Sequence record: NZ_CP014093.1 | Direction: 5' to 3' (one strand) | DNA from: a plasmid | Length of the DNA: 64,000 nt | The notes under the pieces: model-generated | What the model was told of the DNA's origin: nothing | Seen by the model: the letters and a program-made list of their open reading frames with translations, nothing else | The model's database searches: none | Part shown: positions 38,920 to 48,454 of the stretch, one piece after another | How the letters are laid out: each line of letters begins with the position of its first letter | Position numbering within the stretch: the stretch's first letter is position 1 | Program-made: the position numbers and the translations under genes

Positions 38920-39535
38920 GACCGTCGAGGGCGCAAAGAATAAATGGGCGACTCGTTGGGACTGCTTCTTTGATGCTCAATTCCTCTTTCGACGTGATAC
39001 CGGAAAAGAGTTTGTTTTAGACGTGGCCGCCGAGCCACAAACCGCCAAGGTGAACCGCTTCTATGTGGCTCCTGACTGGATTAACGAACAGCCGAGCGGA
39101 TTCCCAAGCCTTAAGCCAAAACACAAGGCCGCTCAGCTCCTAAACCCTGTTTGTGTTGGGTTCGATGGCCTACAAGGCGAATGGGAAGATGGCTGGTGGT
39201 GCAATCCTCCGTTCGACCTTAAGTTTGAGTTTCTGGAAAAGGCGCTAGAACAAGCCAGGAAAGGTCGTGACGGCATGATGCTGTTACCACATGAAGAACT
39301 CACAACGTGGTGGCTGGACTTGGTTGAGGGCTACGCCACGATGATTTACAAGCCGGATGGTCGTTACCCGTTCTATGAGACAGATGGACACACCAAAAAG
39401 CAAGGTGTGAACTTCGGCAGTGCATTAGTGCTCTTTACCGAGAAAGGTCTACAAACACCATCCATGCGCTTTAACCGTAAGGTAGGCAGAACGCACCTTA
39501 CTGATATCTATGAGCAAATCGCTAAAGTGGCTTAA
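38879..39535 (+). CDS. phage Dam-family N6-adenine DNA methyltransferase
   Basis: 'GWWCNPPFDLKFEFLEKA' (NPPF motif of small phage N6-adenine methyltransferases). Confidence 0.6.
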   Translation: MGRSQRMAHLVKSKTVEGAKNKWATRWDCFFDAQFLFRRDTGKEFVLDVAAEPQTAKVNRFYVAPDWINEQPSGFPSLKPKHKAAQLLNPVCVGFDGLQGEWEDGWWCNPPFDLKFEFLEKALEQARKGRDGMMLLPHEELTTWWLDLVEGYATMIYKPDGRYPFYETDGHTKKQGVNFGSALVLFTEKGLQTPSMRFNRKVGRTHLTDIYEQIAKVA

Positions 39536-39549
39536 GGGAGTGAGCTACT

Positions 39550-40035
39550 ATGAGTGTTCAATATCAGGGTCAATCGATGAGCGTGTACCGTCTCGCTCAG
39601 TTAACTGGCTATCCAATGACTTCCCTTTATCGCGCGTATCACAAAGGACTACGAACCGGAGAGGAACTACTGGCCGAGGCTACCAAGCACCTTGTGACCT
39701 ACCAAGGCAAGGTAATGACCGCAAGACAGCTATGCGCCGCTACCGATACCAGTTACCGCCGAGTGCTAAGACGCCTTAAGGCTGGTGTACCCGCTGAAAA
39801 GGCCGTAAAGGACAACGTAGACCGCCGAGGAACGAACTGCGCATCCAAGCTATCCCCTAGCGAAGTTCTACGCATCTACGAGCTCTTATTCACTAAGCAG
39901 GTATGCCAACACACGTTAGCCGAGGAATACGGGGTGCACCAGTCCACGATTAGCGACATATGGCGACATAAACGTTGGGGATGGCTTACTGCTCCGCTTC
40001 GATACCAGTTAGAGGGGAAAGCAAGCTATGAGTAA
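39550..40035 (+). CDS. hypothetical DNA-binding protein
   Basis: ORF; 'VHQSTISDIWRHKRW' HTH-like segment. Confidence 0.35.
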   Translation: MSVQYQGQSMSVYRLAQLTGYPMTSLYRAYHKGLRTGEELLAEATKHLVTYQGKVMTARQLCAATDTSYRRVLRRLKAGVPAEKAVKDNVDRRGTNCASKLSPSEVLRIYELLFTKQVCQHTLAEEYGVHQSTISDIWRHKRWGWLTAPLRYQLEGKASYE

Positions 40036-40288
40036 ACCAAGGGTCTATGTATTCACGCTTAAGGTGAAGAAAACGCGCCTAGTGACGGTACTTAGATTCA
40101 AACACCAATGGTTAGCCTACATGGCCATTAAGCATCTGAAAAAGCGATTCTGGTTTGCTGACCTACAGTTTAGGCAAATCACGCCTCTTAATGCGCTCTG
40201 GTACTTCTTTTTGATAAAGATTGGCTACTACGAAACACTCAAGAAAGCCACCAGCAAAAAGCGACAGAAACAATCTTTAAATTGGTAA
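40028..40288 (+). CDS. hypothetical protein
   Basis: ORF. Confidence 0.3.
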   Translation: MSKPRVYVFTLKVKKTRLVTVLRFKHQWLAYMAIKHLKKRFWFADLQFRQITPLNALWYFFLIKIGYYETLKKATSKKRQKQSLNW

Positions 40289-40339
40289 AAATCACAAAAT
40301 GAAATGCAAACTAATATTGTGATATGTTCGGAATGAGTT

Positions 40340-40500
40340 TAGTATTATCCCCATAGGACAGTGACGGATACGACTTCCTATACGGTGCGCTTGTTTAATA
40401 AGGTTGTGCAAGCGTTGTAGGGTAAAAACCTACAGGCTCCCAAAGAGGGCAAAGGGTTGATCTTCGAAAGAGGGTTAGCCCTTTGTTCTATCTATCCCCT
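40340..40500 (+). ncRNA. candidate small RNA downstream of a GTGTTCGGAAT-containing promoter
   Basis: ATGTTCGGAATgagtttagTATTAT..., then noncoding structured sequence, then hairpin CAAAGGG..CCCTTTG + TTCTATCT (40452-40495). Confidence 0.2.
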
Positions 40501-40529
40501 ACCAAAGAGCGTCTATATGAGTAGGCACT

Positions 40530-40694
40530 ATGAGAAAAGTCCACGAACTATTCTGGCATCGCAAACACGACCGCATCCTTAAGCGAGAACTGGCCAAGGA
40601 TAAGCTGTACACCAAAGAGCTGGATAACTCCCTACGCAAGATGATTCACGAGATAAACAATCACCTTAAGCAAACTGAAAGTAGTGTTGGCTAG
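40530..40694 (+). CDS. small basic ORF (54 aa) not in the supplied track
   Basis: ATG at 40530, stop TAG at 40692-40694. Confidence 0.2.
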   Translation: MRKVHELFWHRKHDRILKRELAKDKLYTKELDNSLRKMIHEINNHLKQTESSVG

Positions 40695-40776
40695 GTGGTT
40701 ATAACAAAGTTGACACTTTGAGTCAAAGGTATACAATATTATTGTTATAACATCGTACTAACATGAGAGGTGGATT
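40690..40776 (+). promoter_or_regulatory. pemIK promoter with two GTTATAAC operator-like palindromes
   Basis: gGTTATAACaaagTTGACActttgagtcaaaggTATACAATattattGTTATAAC, then AGAGGTGGATTATG. Confidence 0.5.
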
Positions 40777-41031
40777 ATGCGTACTCAAGTGCGAAAAATA
40801 GGGAATAGCCTCGGTAACATCATCCCTGCTGCCTTTATCAAGCAATTAGGGCTAGCGGAGGGGGCGGATATTGAGGTTAAAACTGATGGTGGCAAGATAA
40901 TCATTGAGCCAATCAAGCGCCCAAAAAAAAGCTTTCCATTTAGCGAAAAAGAACTATTGAAAGGTTTAGATGCACATACGGCACACGCCGATGAGCTGGC
41001 AATAGTTTCAGGCAAGGAGTTAGGTGAATAA
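40777..41031 (+). CDS. pemI: PemI/MazE-type antitoxin
   Basis: 'MRTQVRKIGNSLGNIIPAAFIKQLGLAEGADIEV' (AbrB/MazE fold). Confidence 0.75.
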   Translation: MRTQVRKIGNSLGNIIPAAFIKQLGLAEGADIEVKTDGGKIIIEPIKRPKKSFPFSEKELLKGLDAHTAHADELAIVSGKELGE

Positions 41032-41384
41032 TGGCGCAGTTTATTCCTAAACGAAACGATATTATCTGGCTCGACTTTGAGCCAACAAAGGGAAAGGAAA
41101 TTGGCAAGTACCGTCCTGCGCTAGTGCTTTCCAGCAAAGAATATAACCAACAAACAGGATTACTCATTTGCTGCCCTATTAGCACCAGTATTCGCGGCCA
41201 AGCAACGGAAGTTCCCGTAAATAACCTAGATAAACCTTGTGTGGTTGCTTCTAGCTTAATCCAAACCCTGTCTTGGAAAGATCGCAAAGCCAAGAAGATT
41301 GCCACCGCTGAAAGTGGGGTTATGGAGGATGTTTTACTTCGCCTTATACCGCTAATCGGTGCAGACTCCTTGTTTGATGGATAA
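41031..41384 (+). CDS. pemK: PemK/MazF-type toxin endoribonuclease
   Basis: 'PKRNDIIWLDFEPTKGKEIGKYRPALVLS...ICCPISTS'. Confidence 0.8.
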   Translation: MAQFIPKRNDIIWLDFEPTKGKEIGKYRPALVLSSKEYNQQTGLLICCPISTSIRGQATEVPVNNLDKPCVVASSLIQTLSWKDRKAKKIATAESGVMEDVLLRLIPLIGADSLFDG

Positions 41385-41521
41385 CGTGTGCTTTGACTAG
41401 TGCTGATGGATAAAAAAACACTTGAACTACGCATTCCGAACGGATAAATTTATTTATACGCGAGTTACATAGTTGCCATTGTGACGACCGTGTTTCCTTT
41501 AAAATCTTAGACAACTGTGCT

Positions 41522-41558
41522 CAAGCGCCTTTGGTTATTCCATTGGCGCTTTTTTCTT
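41522..41558 (+). terminator. rho-independent terminator
   Basis: AAGCGCC-tttggttattccatt-GGCGCTT-TTTTCTT. Confidence 0.55.
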
Positions 41559-41858
41559 GATTTTTCAGAGTAAGTATCAATATAATTGCCCTGTTTCGTG
41601 TTGAAGTGTAAAGCTTCGACAAGTGATTCAAAGTAGGTTTGCAAAAGAGAGTTAAAGAGCTGGTAGAAATACTGGCTCTTTTTTATGTGTCGCGTTTCAA
41701 CCTATTGAAAAGGCGTTTTTGGTGTCCTATATTTACCTCGCTCGCAAGAAAATGGACGTGGATACTCCAAAATATAGATGGCCAATTGATTGGTTATTGA
41801 ATTACCTGTTATTGACAACTCCTCAAAATCAAAAGGCCACGGTAAACGTGGCCTTTTC

Positions 41859-42395
41859 TTATGTTAAAAACGTCATTTTTAACAAGTCTATTCGGAATAA
41901 CAAAGGCCGTAAAAAGCCAACTAAAATACATGCTACCGAGAAAATGAATACGCATGTGGTTCGCTGGTGGCTCCCCGAAGCGAATAGATTCAAACAGTAC
42001 TTATCAAATGGGGTAAAAATCGGTACTGGCTGGCGGTTTAGCACATCCCCAAGCCAATGCGAGATACAACCGCATCCAAATCCACACAGAATTGCACCTA
42101 GAATCGTGCTGGTGGCTTTTAACGCCTCAATGAGTACGAATGTATCCCCTATTGCCAAATGATAGCCATAAGCCGTTACAGCGAGCCATAACGAAAGGGT
42201 ATGGGTGTAAGTTCGGTGCGGGATTCTGTCAAATTCAAGCCAGTCTGGTGCGCCCGAACCGCTTAAGCAACCAAGAAATGCCAGGATTGAATGCAATGGT
42301 GTTGTGTCTGCCATTAAGGCGAGAGGAACGGGCGCAAAGCACAGTGCTCCCCACGCGTGTCCGGTTCGGTTCATTCTTCCTCGCAATGAACACAA
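41859..42395 (-). CDS. hypothetical polytopic membrane protein, His-rich
   Basis: Multiple hydrophobic segments. Overlaps plus-strand ORF 41719..42162, which looks less protein-like. Confidence 0.35.
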   Translation of the reverse strand: MCSLRGRMNRTGHAWGALCFAPVPLALMADTTPLHSILAFLGCLSGSGAPDWLEFDRIPHRTYTHTLSLWLAVTAYGYHLAIGDTFVLIEALKATSTILGAILCGFGCGCISHWLGDVLNRQPVPIFTPFDKYCLNLFASGSHQRTTCVFIFSVACILVGFLRPLLFRIDLLKMTFLT

Positions 42396-42784
42396 TACGC
42401 ATAGACGATGGCACTCATCGCTATGGTTCGATTGCGGTAGTTGGTGGCCAATTCCTCGAACGTCTTTGCCACTTCGGGATCAATCCAAGGGCTAATTTGG
42501 CGTGTTCCTACAAGGTCGCCCTCTGTCACCTCGGGGTGCTTTTCTGGTAGCTGGTTCGGGTCAGTGTTGTTGATGGCCAATTGATATAGGTCAGTCAGGG
42601 TAATGCCGTTCTGTTCGCATTGTTCGCATGCTTTGGCGTGAGCAAGGCGTGAGATACGCGCTTGCAGTAGTGCTAAACCCTTTTCCCGCTGGCGAGTTCT
42701 AAACGTGGCTTGTCGCGCTTTGGTTTTGGCTTTGTGTCTGAATTTGATGCGCTCGGGTGCTTTCAAGGGTATTCCTTTCATCAC
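42371..42784 (-). CDS. hypothetical protein
   Basis: ORF. Confidence 0.35.
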   Translation of the reverse strand: MMKGIPLKAPERIKFRHKAKTKARQATFRTRQREKGLALLQARISRLAHAKACEQCEQNGITLTDLYQLAINNTDPNQLPEKHPEVTEGDLVGTRQISPWIDPEVAKTFEELATNYRNRTIAMSAIVYAYCVHCEEE

Positions 42785-43073
42785 GTAGCGCGTTGTCTTG
42801 GGTATGGGGGAAAGGTGGCTAGTGAGATAACGCAGCCAATTACTATATTGTGCCGCAGAATCAATTGTACATAAGTAGCGTTACTCACTAGCTGGCCATG
42901 ATTATATGCAGAAAATCGTTACTGTAAATACTATTTAATGTCGCGTTATTAAATTTTGTCTTTAAAGTCTCATTGACAATCAAATGGTTGTTTCATCTGG
43001 CTTCATCCTTGTTGTGATTGGCTCGATAAACTCTGTATTATTCCGAACGTAACGAAATAAGTGGGGTTTAACC

Positions 43074-44468
43074 GTGTCCGGCAAGATTGACTATCAGGCT
43101 CACCAACAGCAGTTTTGGGAGCAGTTAGAGAAGCAGCCGACTTTGACGCTGGCCGAGTATTGCGAAGCCAACGGACTAAAGTACGGCACCGCTAAGCGAT
43201 ATATAAAACGGCCAGCCAAAACGGGCGGCAAGTTCCAACCGTCCGTTATGCCAAAAATCAAAGCGAAAAAGACCAGTCAGGGCAATGACTGGCATTCCCT
43301 TTTGAAAGAATTTCTCGTGCGTGGCGCTCAAAACCCAACGCTCACGATGGCCGCTTTTGCGAAAGATAAAGGGGTGAACGGTGCGACATTGCGCCGCCAG
43401 TTTAATTCCATGCGATCGCTGCCCGAGTTTGATCGATTATTTGATCTTTACGATGAGCAATTAGCGAAATTTCAAGAAGCGAAAAACGACAAGAAGAAAA
43501 AAAGGGCTGATAAATCAAAGTCCAAAGAAGCGGGGGCAACTGCGCAAGCGCAAAGTGCGCAAGGCGATCGCGCGAAAACAGGAGGTATTGGATCACTGCG
43601 CAAGCCGCGATCAGTTGAGGGACTTTCGCAGTATTCCAGTGCTCAAGTGGGTCGCCCTGTTGTGCATGGTGGTTATGCCCGTAGTGCGGGTATTACTGGC
43701 GAAATCATGGATATTCTCATGGATACCGATCCGCTTTCGGTTTGCAACGAACTGATTATTGCCCGTTCGCAGTATTACCGAATGAATGAGACGTTAGCTA
43801 AACGCCTTAAAGAGATCGATGAAATGGAAGAAAGCGGAGACATTCCGCTCAATGACGAAAACCAGCCAGTAGACATAAACGCCATGCGTGACCGTCTCAT
43901 CTTTGGCTATGGCACCAGATTGCGTGAACTGGAATTGAGTATTTCCACGATGGCCAAACAAGAGGCCAAGCGCTACATCGATTTGCGTAAACAGGAATAC
44001 GCTGAATTGATGATGCCACACTTACTGCCAGCGGAAGAAACCAGCCTAGTAATAGAAATGCTTTCTCTGCGCACTAAGAACAACTGGACAGCCTTAGAGA
44101 CGTGTCAGCAAATCGAGAAGTTAGGTGCACGTCCACCAGCAACGCTATTGCATGAAGCTAAGGTAGAGCTAGCGAACCTAGAACCAGAAGTAGAAGACAC
44201 TGGTATCAGTGAGCAAGAGCTGGATGAGCTGTTTGATGACTACACGTTAGAGCAGATTGAGCAGCAAGATAACTGGCTACCTGCGCGCAAAGAAGAAGTA
44301 AACCGACGAATCAAAGAAGCCGAAGACCTAGAGAACGGCGTAGAACCTACCCTATCCCCATCCCAAATACAAAACGAAGCCGCTAAAGAGCAAGCCTATG
44401 ATGACCTCGATAACGAGGGAGTGTCGGGGTTTGACGATGTAGACAGCTTCGAGGTACTTGGTGGCTAG
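43074..44468 (+). CDS. terminase small-subunit-like protein (HTH N-terminus, acidic C-terminus)
   Basis: Lies directly upstream of, and in frame with, the large-subunit ORF. 'TLTLAEYCEANGLKYGTAKRYIK' HTH. Confidence 0.4.
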   Translation: MSGKIDYQAHQQQFWEQLEKQPTLTLAEYCEANGLKYGTAKRYIKRPAKTGGKFQPSVMPKIKAKKTSQGNDWHSLLKEFLVRGAQNPTLTMAAFAKDKGVNGATLRRQFNSMRSLPEFDRLFDLYDEQLAKFQEAKNDKKKKRADKSKSKEAGATAQAQSAQGDRAKTGGIGSLRKPRSVEGLSQYSSAQVGRPVVHGGYARSAGITGEIMDILMDTDPLSVCNELIIARSQYYRMNETLAKRLKEIDEMEESGDIPLNDENQPVDINAMRDRLIFGYGTRLRELELSISTMAKQEAKRYIDLRKQEYAELMMPHLLPAEETSLVIEMLSLRTKNNWTALETCQQIEKLGARPPATLLHEAKVELANLEPEVEDTGISEQELDELFDDYTLEQIEQQDNWLPARKEEVNRRIKEAEDLENGVEPTLSPSQIQNEAAKEQAYDDLDNEGVSGFDDVDSFEVLGG

Positions 44469-45854
44469 ACGAATAAAGAGCGTAACACAAGATCCCGTTA
44501 CCCTGCCCTAGTTAAGCGGTATCGCTATGACTGGAAACGCCTCGCTGTTGAGCTAGTCGGTAAGAAGCCGAGCTGGCAGCAGCGCAAAATCATTGATAGT
44601 GCTCAGCGTATTGGTGCGCGAACGACTGTCAGCTCTGGCCACGGTACAGGCAAGTCAGACATGACCAGTATCATGATCATTGCTTTCATGCTCTGTTTCC
44701 CCAATGCGCGTGTTGTGCTGGTGGCGAACAACGCGAGACAGGTACAAATCGGTGTATGGAAGTACCTAAAATCCAACTGGAACACGCTCTTACAAAAGCA
44801 TGGTTGGTTACAGCAATACTTCACCATTACCGAGACAGCCTTTTTTGAAAACTCAGCAAAAGGTATCTGGCAAACCAGTGCTAAATCGTGCCGTATTGGT
44901 AACGAGGAAGCGCTAGCGGGTGAACACGCTAAACACTTGTTTGTTATTGTCGATGAGGCGTCAGGCGTCTCTGACAAGGCTTTTGGTGTGTTAGCGGGTG
45001 CATTGACCGAGAAAGATAACCGAATGCTGTTATTGAGCCAGCCAACGCGCCCTAGCGGCTATTTCTACGATACGCATCACCGATTAGCCGAGCCTAGTGG
45101 TCGATGGCGAGCCATCCGGCTTAACTCCGAGGAATCGCCGTTCGTAACCGTGGAATTTATCCTCGATAAGCGATTGGAGTATGGCGGTCGAGAGGCACCG
45201 GAATACCTGATTAAAGTACGTGGGGAGTTCCCAAGTTCCATTGCTGGCATGCTGCTTAGTCGGGATGCACTGGACAAAAGCGCAAGGCTCAACCTCGATA
45301 TGCCCGATGGTTGGGGTTGGGCTGCGCTGGTGGACGTGGGTAATGGTCGTGACCGCTCGATACTCAATATCTGCAAGGTTTGGGGTCAACGCATGGAGCG
45401 CATCGTTAAGAGCGTGAAATTGCTTGAACAACCAAGCACGGTCGATCCGGTTCGGTTCGCTGACATTATCCATGCAGAGTGTAGTGAGGACTTGTACCCA
45501 AACATCACGATAGCAGTGGATAGTGACGGTGTAGGTTATGACACGGCGACTTGCTTAGAACGCTACGGACGGCGCGTACAGCGCATTCGTTGGGGTAAGA
45601 AGATGCACTCCACCAGCGATAAGCAGCGTTTCTTTAACCAGCGTGCGTATGCCAATGTTATGGCTCGGGATGCGATAAACCAAGGCCGCATGCAGATAGA
45701 TAAGAACGTCAAGACGGCAGAACAAGGCAGTAAAATACCTTGTGCAATCAACGAGTCAGGCCAATGGGTAATGATGCCAAAACCGATGATGAAAGAGAAA
45801 ATGAACATCCATCACCTGACCGTTGGGATACATACTGTTTTTCTCAATTGGTAG
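44469..45854 (+). CDS. terminase large subunit (ATPase-nuclease), no canonical start codon
   Basis: Walker A 'VSSGHGTGKS' lies upstream of the first ATG (44661). The frame is open from the codon after the TAG at 44466-44468. Confidence 0.7.
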   Translation, partial: TNKERNTRSRYPALVKRYRYDWKRLAVELVGKKPSWQQRKIIDSAQRIGARTTVSSGHGTGKSDMTSIMIIAFMLCFPNARVVLVANNARQVQIGVWKYLKSNWNTLLQKHGWLQQYFTITETAFFENSAKGIWQTSAKSCRIGNEEALAGEHAKHLFVIVDEASGVSDKAFGVLAGALTEKDNRMLLLSQPTRPSGYFYDTHHRLAEPSGRWRAIRLNSEESPFVTVEFILDKRLEYGGREAPEYLIKVRGEFPSSIAGMLLSRDALDKSARLNLDMPDGWGWAALVDVGNGRDRSILNICKVWGQRMERIVKSVKLLEQPSTVDPVRFADIIHAECSEDLYPNITIAVDSDGVGYDTATCLERYGRRVQRIRWGKKMHSTSDKQRFFNQRAYANVMARDAINQGRMQIDKNVKTAEQGSKIPCAINESGQWVMMPKPMMKEKMNIHHLTVGIHTVFLNW

Positions 45855-46063
45855 ATTATGTGCCGCACGAAATGGAAGTAACAGAGAGCATGCTAGAGTC
45901 TCGCAGTTCCGTAGAACAATGGGTACTGGAAGCGCTTGAATCGGACGATGCTTAATTCCGTTGGTGCCAACATATAAAAGTAATATGAAAAGGTGGCGAT
46001 ACCGTTAAATATCGCCACCAAATCACCAATCAAAGCGGAACAACAATAATATAGCTTAAAACC

Positions 46064-46969
46064 TTAGTTCACTAATCCATCGAACTGCGAACGTGCTTTG
46101 CTTTCGTTCTTGCTTCTAAGCTCTTTTCTGGCTTCACGAATAGCGTCAACTTCGCTTTCTATATACATATTAGCGTTAGGGTACAGTACCGACTTAAAAG
46201 CATTCGCTTCATCGAATATCGAACGTCCCTCAGTGGTATTGTTCGTGATTAGCACATCGTGATCTTTACAAGAGCGATGCCTAATTAGAACAAGGCCACC
46301 AGCGTTAACGTGAACCTTTTTAGCTACGCGAGAAATGCCACCATTGTTGCCATCATAGGTATGGATGATAGCTACAATGTCATTGTGTTCTTGACCGCGC
46401 TTTCTAAACTCAACGTCTGCATTGTCTTTGAAGTATTTCAATTCATTCAATGCAGTGTTTTTATTGTTAGTGAGCTGCTCTTTCTCATCTTCTGGAAGAT
46501 CGTAGGAGAGTTTACGGTCGAGGTCGCGTAGGTATGCTTCAAGTCTTTTGGCTAGACGTGCGCCAGTGACTTTCTGGCTGCTAGCTGCTTTATTAATTGT
46601 GATGTTAACGCGACGGACGTTCTCAATTACGGTCGTCTCTTTAAATGAGTTAGATGAGCTGTTGAAGTATTGAGGTGCGCGCTCTAAAAGCTCTTTATTG
46701 GCTGATTTCGCGGCCTCAATATACTCAAGTAAACGAGTGGTCGGATTACCACGTTTTACTACAGCTACGATGCGTTCATTGAATAGTCCACTATCTTCCT
46801 TGCCATCTATTTGTTCGGAAAAAGTCGCGCGGTGCTTCAAGGCACGTTTTAGGCGCGCATCTGCCGTTTGTTTGTTTGCAAGTAATTGATTAAGTGTTTC
46901 TATATCAATAGCTTTTAAATCTTTAATTTCAGTATTTTTTTTATTAATCATGGTGAACGGTTGCTCCAA
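46064..46969 (-). CDS. hypothetical protein (301 aa) in AT-rich island
   Basis: ORF; no motif recognised. Confidence 0.4.
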   Translation of the reverse strand: MEQPFTMINKKNTEIKDLKAIDIETLNQLLANKQTADARLKRALKHRATFSEQIDGKEDSGLFNERIVAVVKRGNPTTRLLEYIEAAKSANKELLERAPQYFNSSSNSFKETTVIENVRRVNITINKAASSQKVTGARLAKRLEAYLRDLDRKLSYDLPEDEKEQLTNNKNTALNELKYFKDNADVEFRKRGQEHNDIVAIIHTYDGNNGGISRVAKKVHVNAGGLVLIRHRSCKDHDVLITNNTTEGRSIFDEANAFKSVLYPNANMYIESEVDAIREARKELRSKNESKARSQFDGLVN

Positions 46970-47995
46970 ATTACATTGGAGGATAAAGGTTACACTCCAT
47001 CCCTGAGCGTATGCGAGTAACGAAAAACCCTACCTTTATCCTTGATGCGTAGCATACCGTTTTTGTGTTCGGAATTAAATAAAAAACGAACAGAAGAACG
47101 TTATAAGTGTTGCTTTTTAAGCGGAGAAGTGATCTCGAACGAAGTTTAATACGTCATCACGATTAATAGATGAATTGCATAGTGCGTTCGGATGCGATTG
47201 GATAAGATGCATCATGCAAATGTCGGTCGCGTCATCGAGGAACGAGCTGCTAAATACATCTAGGGACAGGTCACATTTATCTAGTATTTCGATTGGAATT
47301 AATTGATTCAACGTGCAGTGCATATCTATATCTCTTAAGCCAATTGACTGGATAGCCAATACGTATATAGCTCTGATTTGGAAAGAGTTTAGGGGATTCT
47401 CGCCAGCCGAGCTTATGTTCGCGGAGTATTATGAGACTGTGATCTTTGATTGTCTAGATATGCAAAATAATGCAAACATATCGTTACTAGCAGTTAGGTT
47501 TTGAGAACGTGACCTATACCGCATAATAATTGAGGATATGTATATTTGTTCGTGTCACGTGACGACGTAACACCGTGATTATATTTCAAAATACGGGTAA
47601 TTGTCGTGGCGAGTTTCAAAAAACCTATTTTAGTTTCAGTTCTATACAGAACTGAAACTAAATTATTCAATGTTTTGTCGCTGGTCATTTCCTCTTAAAT
47701 ACAAAAAATATAATAAAAACAATAACTTATACATTGTGTGGGGTTGTTTTCTAATCCTGGCGCTTTGTGTGAAAAAACCTAAATATTCCATAGGAATATT
47801 GATAAAAAATGGCTTCTTGCTGGTGGAGTTTTGAGCACTGTTGCGTTGTTTGTCAAAGGTTGATTAATCGGTCACTTTTGGAACTCTTTGTACTTTCAAT
47901 GGAATCATTCCGAACAGAGTTGAAAAGGATATTCCTTTAGAATATATTATATTCCGAGCAAACACTGGAATTTTACTAAAAAAGGATCAGCAAAA

Positions 47996-48454
47996 ATGTT
48001 TAAAAAAAATGAATTGGTGTCGCTTTCGGATGAGTGGTCGAGCAAACGCAGTGCCATCCAAGAGCGCCACCACGACCTTATTTTTATCTCTTTGGATGAG
48101 CTAATTAATGAATGTGGAGGCCAAGAACAAGCCGCCGCCGTCATTCGCAATTTCTACGGCTTCCCTTGTGTGCAAGGCACGATCAGCAAGGCTCGAAAAG
48201 GTAATAATGCGCTAAAGATTCGCTCTCAACTTCGCTTTGCCATAAACACAATTAAAGAAGCTCAAAGCATCCAAGCACAAACCAAGATGATCAACCACTT
48301 TGGCCGCTTACCTGTTCACCACGACTTCGTGCGTGTCGATGGCGAACTAGGCTTATTCTTGGGATTTGGCTTGTTATCCCGAACCCTACAAATTCAAGTG
48401 TTCGTTGGTGGCGAGTTTAAAACGGTTAATGCTAATCACGTGGAGTTGATCTAA
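47996..48454 (+). CDS. hypothetical protein, possibly an integrase N-terminal domain
   Basis: Ends exactly where the integrase catalytic domain begins (ATG overlapping TAA). Confidence 0.3.
   Translation: MFKKNELVSLSDEWSSKRSAIQERHHDLIFISLDELINECGGQEQAAAVIRNFYGFPCVQGTISKARKGNNALKIRSQLRFAINTIKEAQSIQAQTKMINHFGRLPVHHDFVRVDGELGLFLGFGLLSRTLQIQVFVGGEFKTVNANHVELI

Noticed and set aside
40690-40745. GTTATAAC...GTTATAAC pair considered as Vibrio superintegron attC (VCR) remnants
   Set aside because: The pair spans only about 50 bp, lacks the roughly 120-bp VCR structure, and sits in the pemIK promoter. It is better explained as operator palindromes.
40940-41434. 164-aa minus-strand ORF
   Set aside because: Antisense to pemK and Ser-rich. 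Spurious.
41719-42162. 147-aa plus-strand ORF
   Set aside because: Overlaps the more protein-like minus-strand membrane ORF 41859..42395 and has a low-complexity translation. Kept only as a note.
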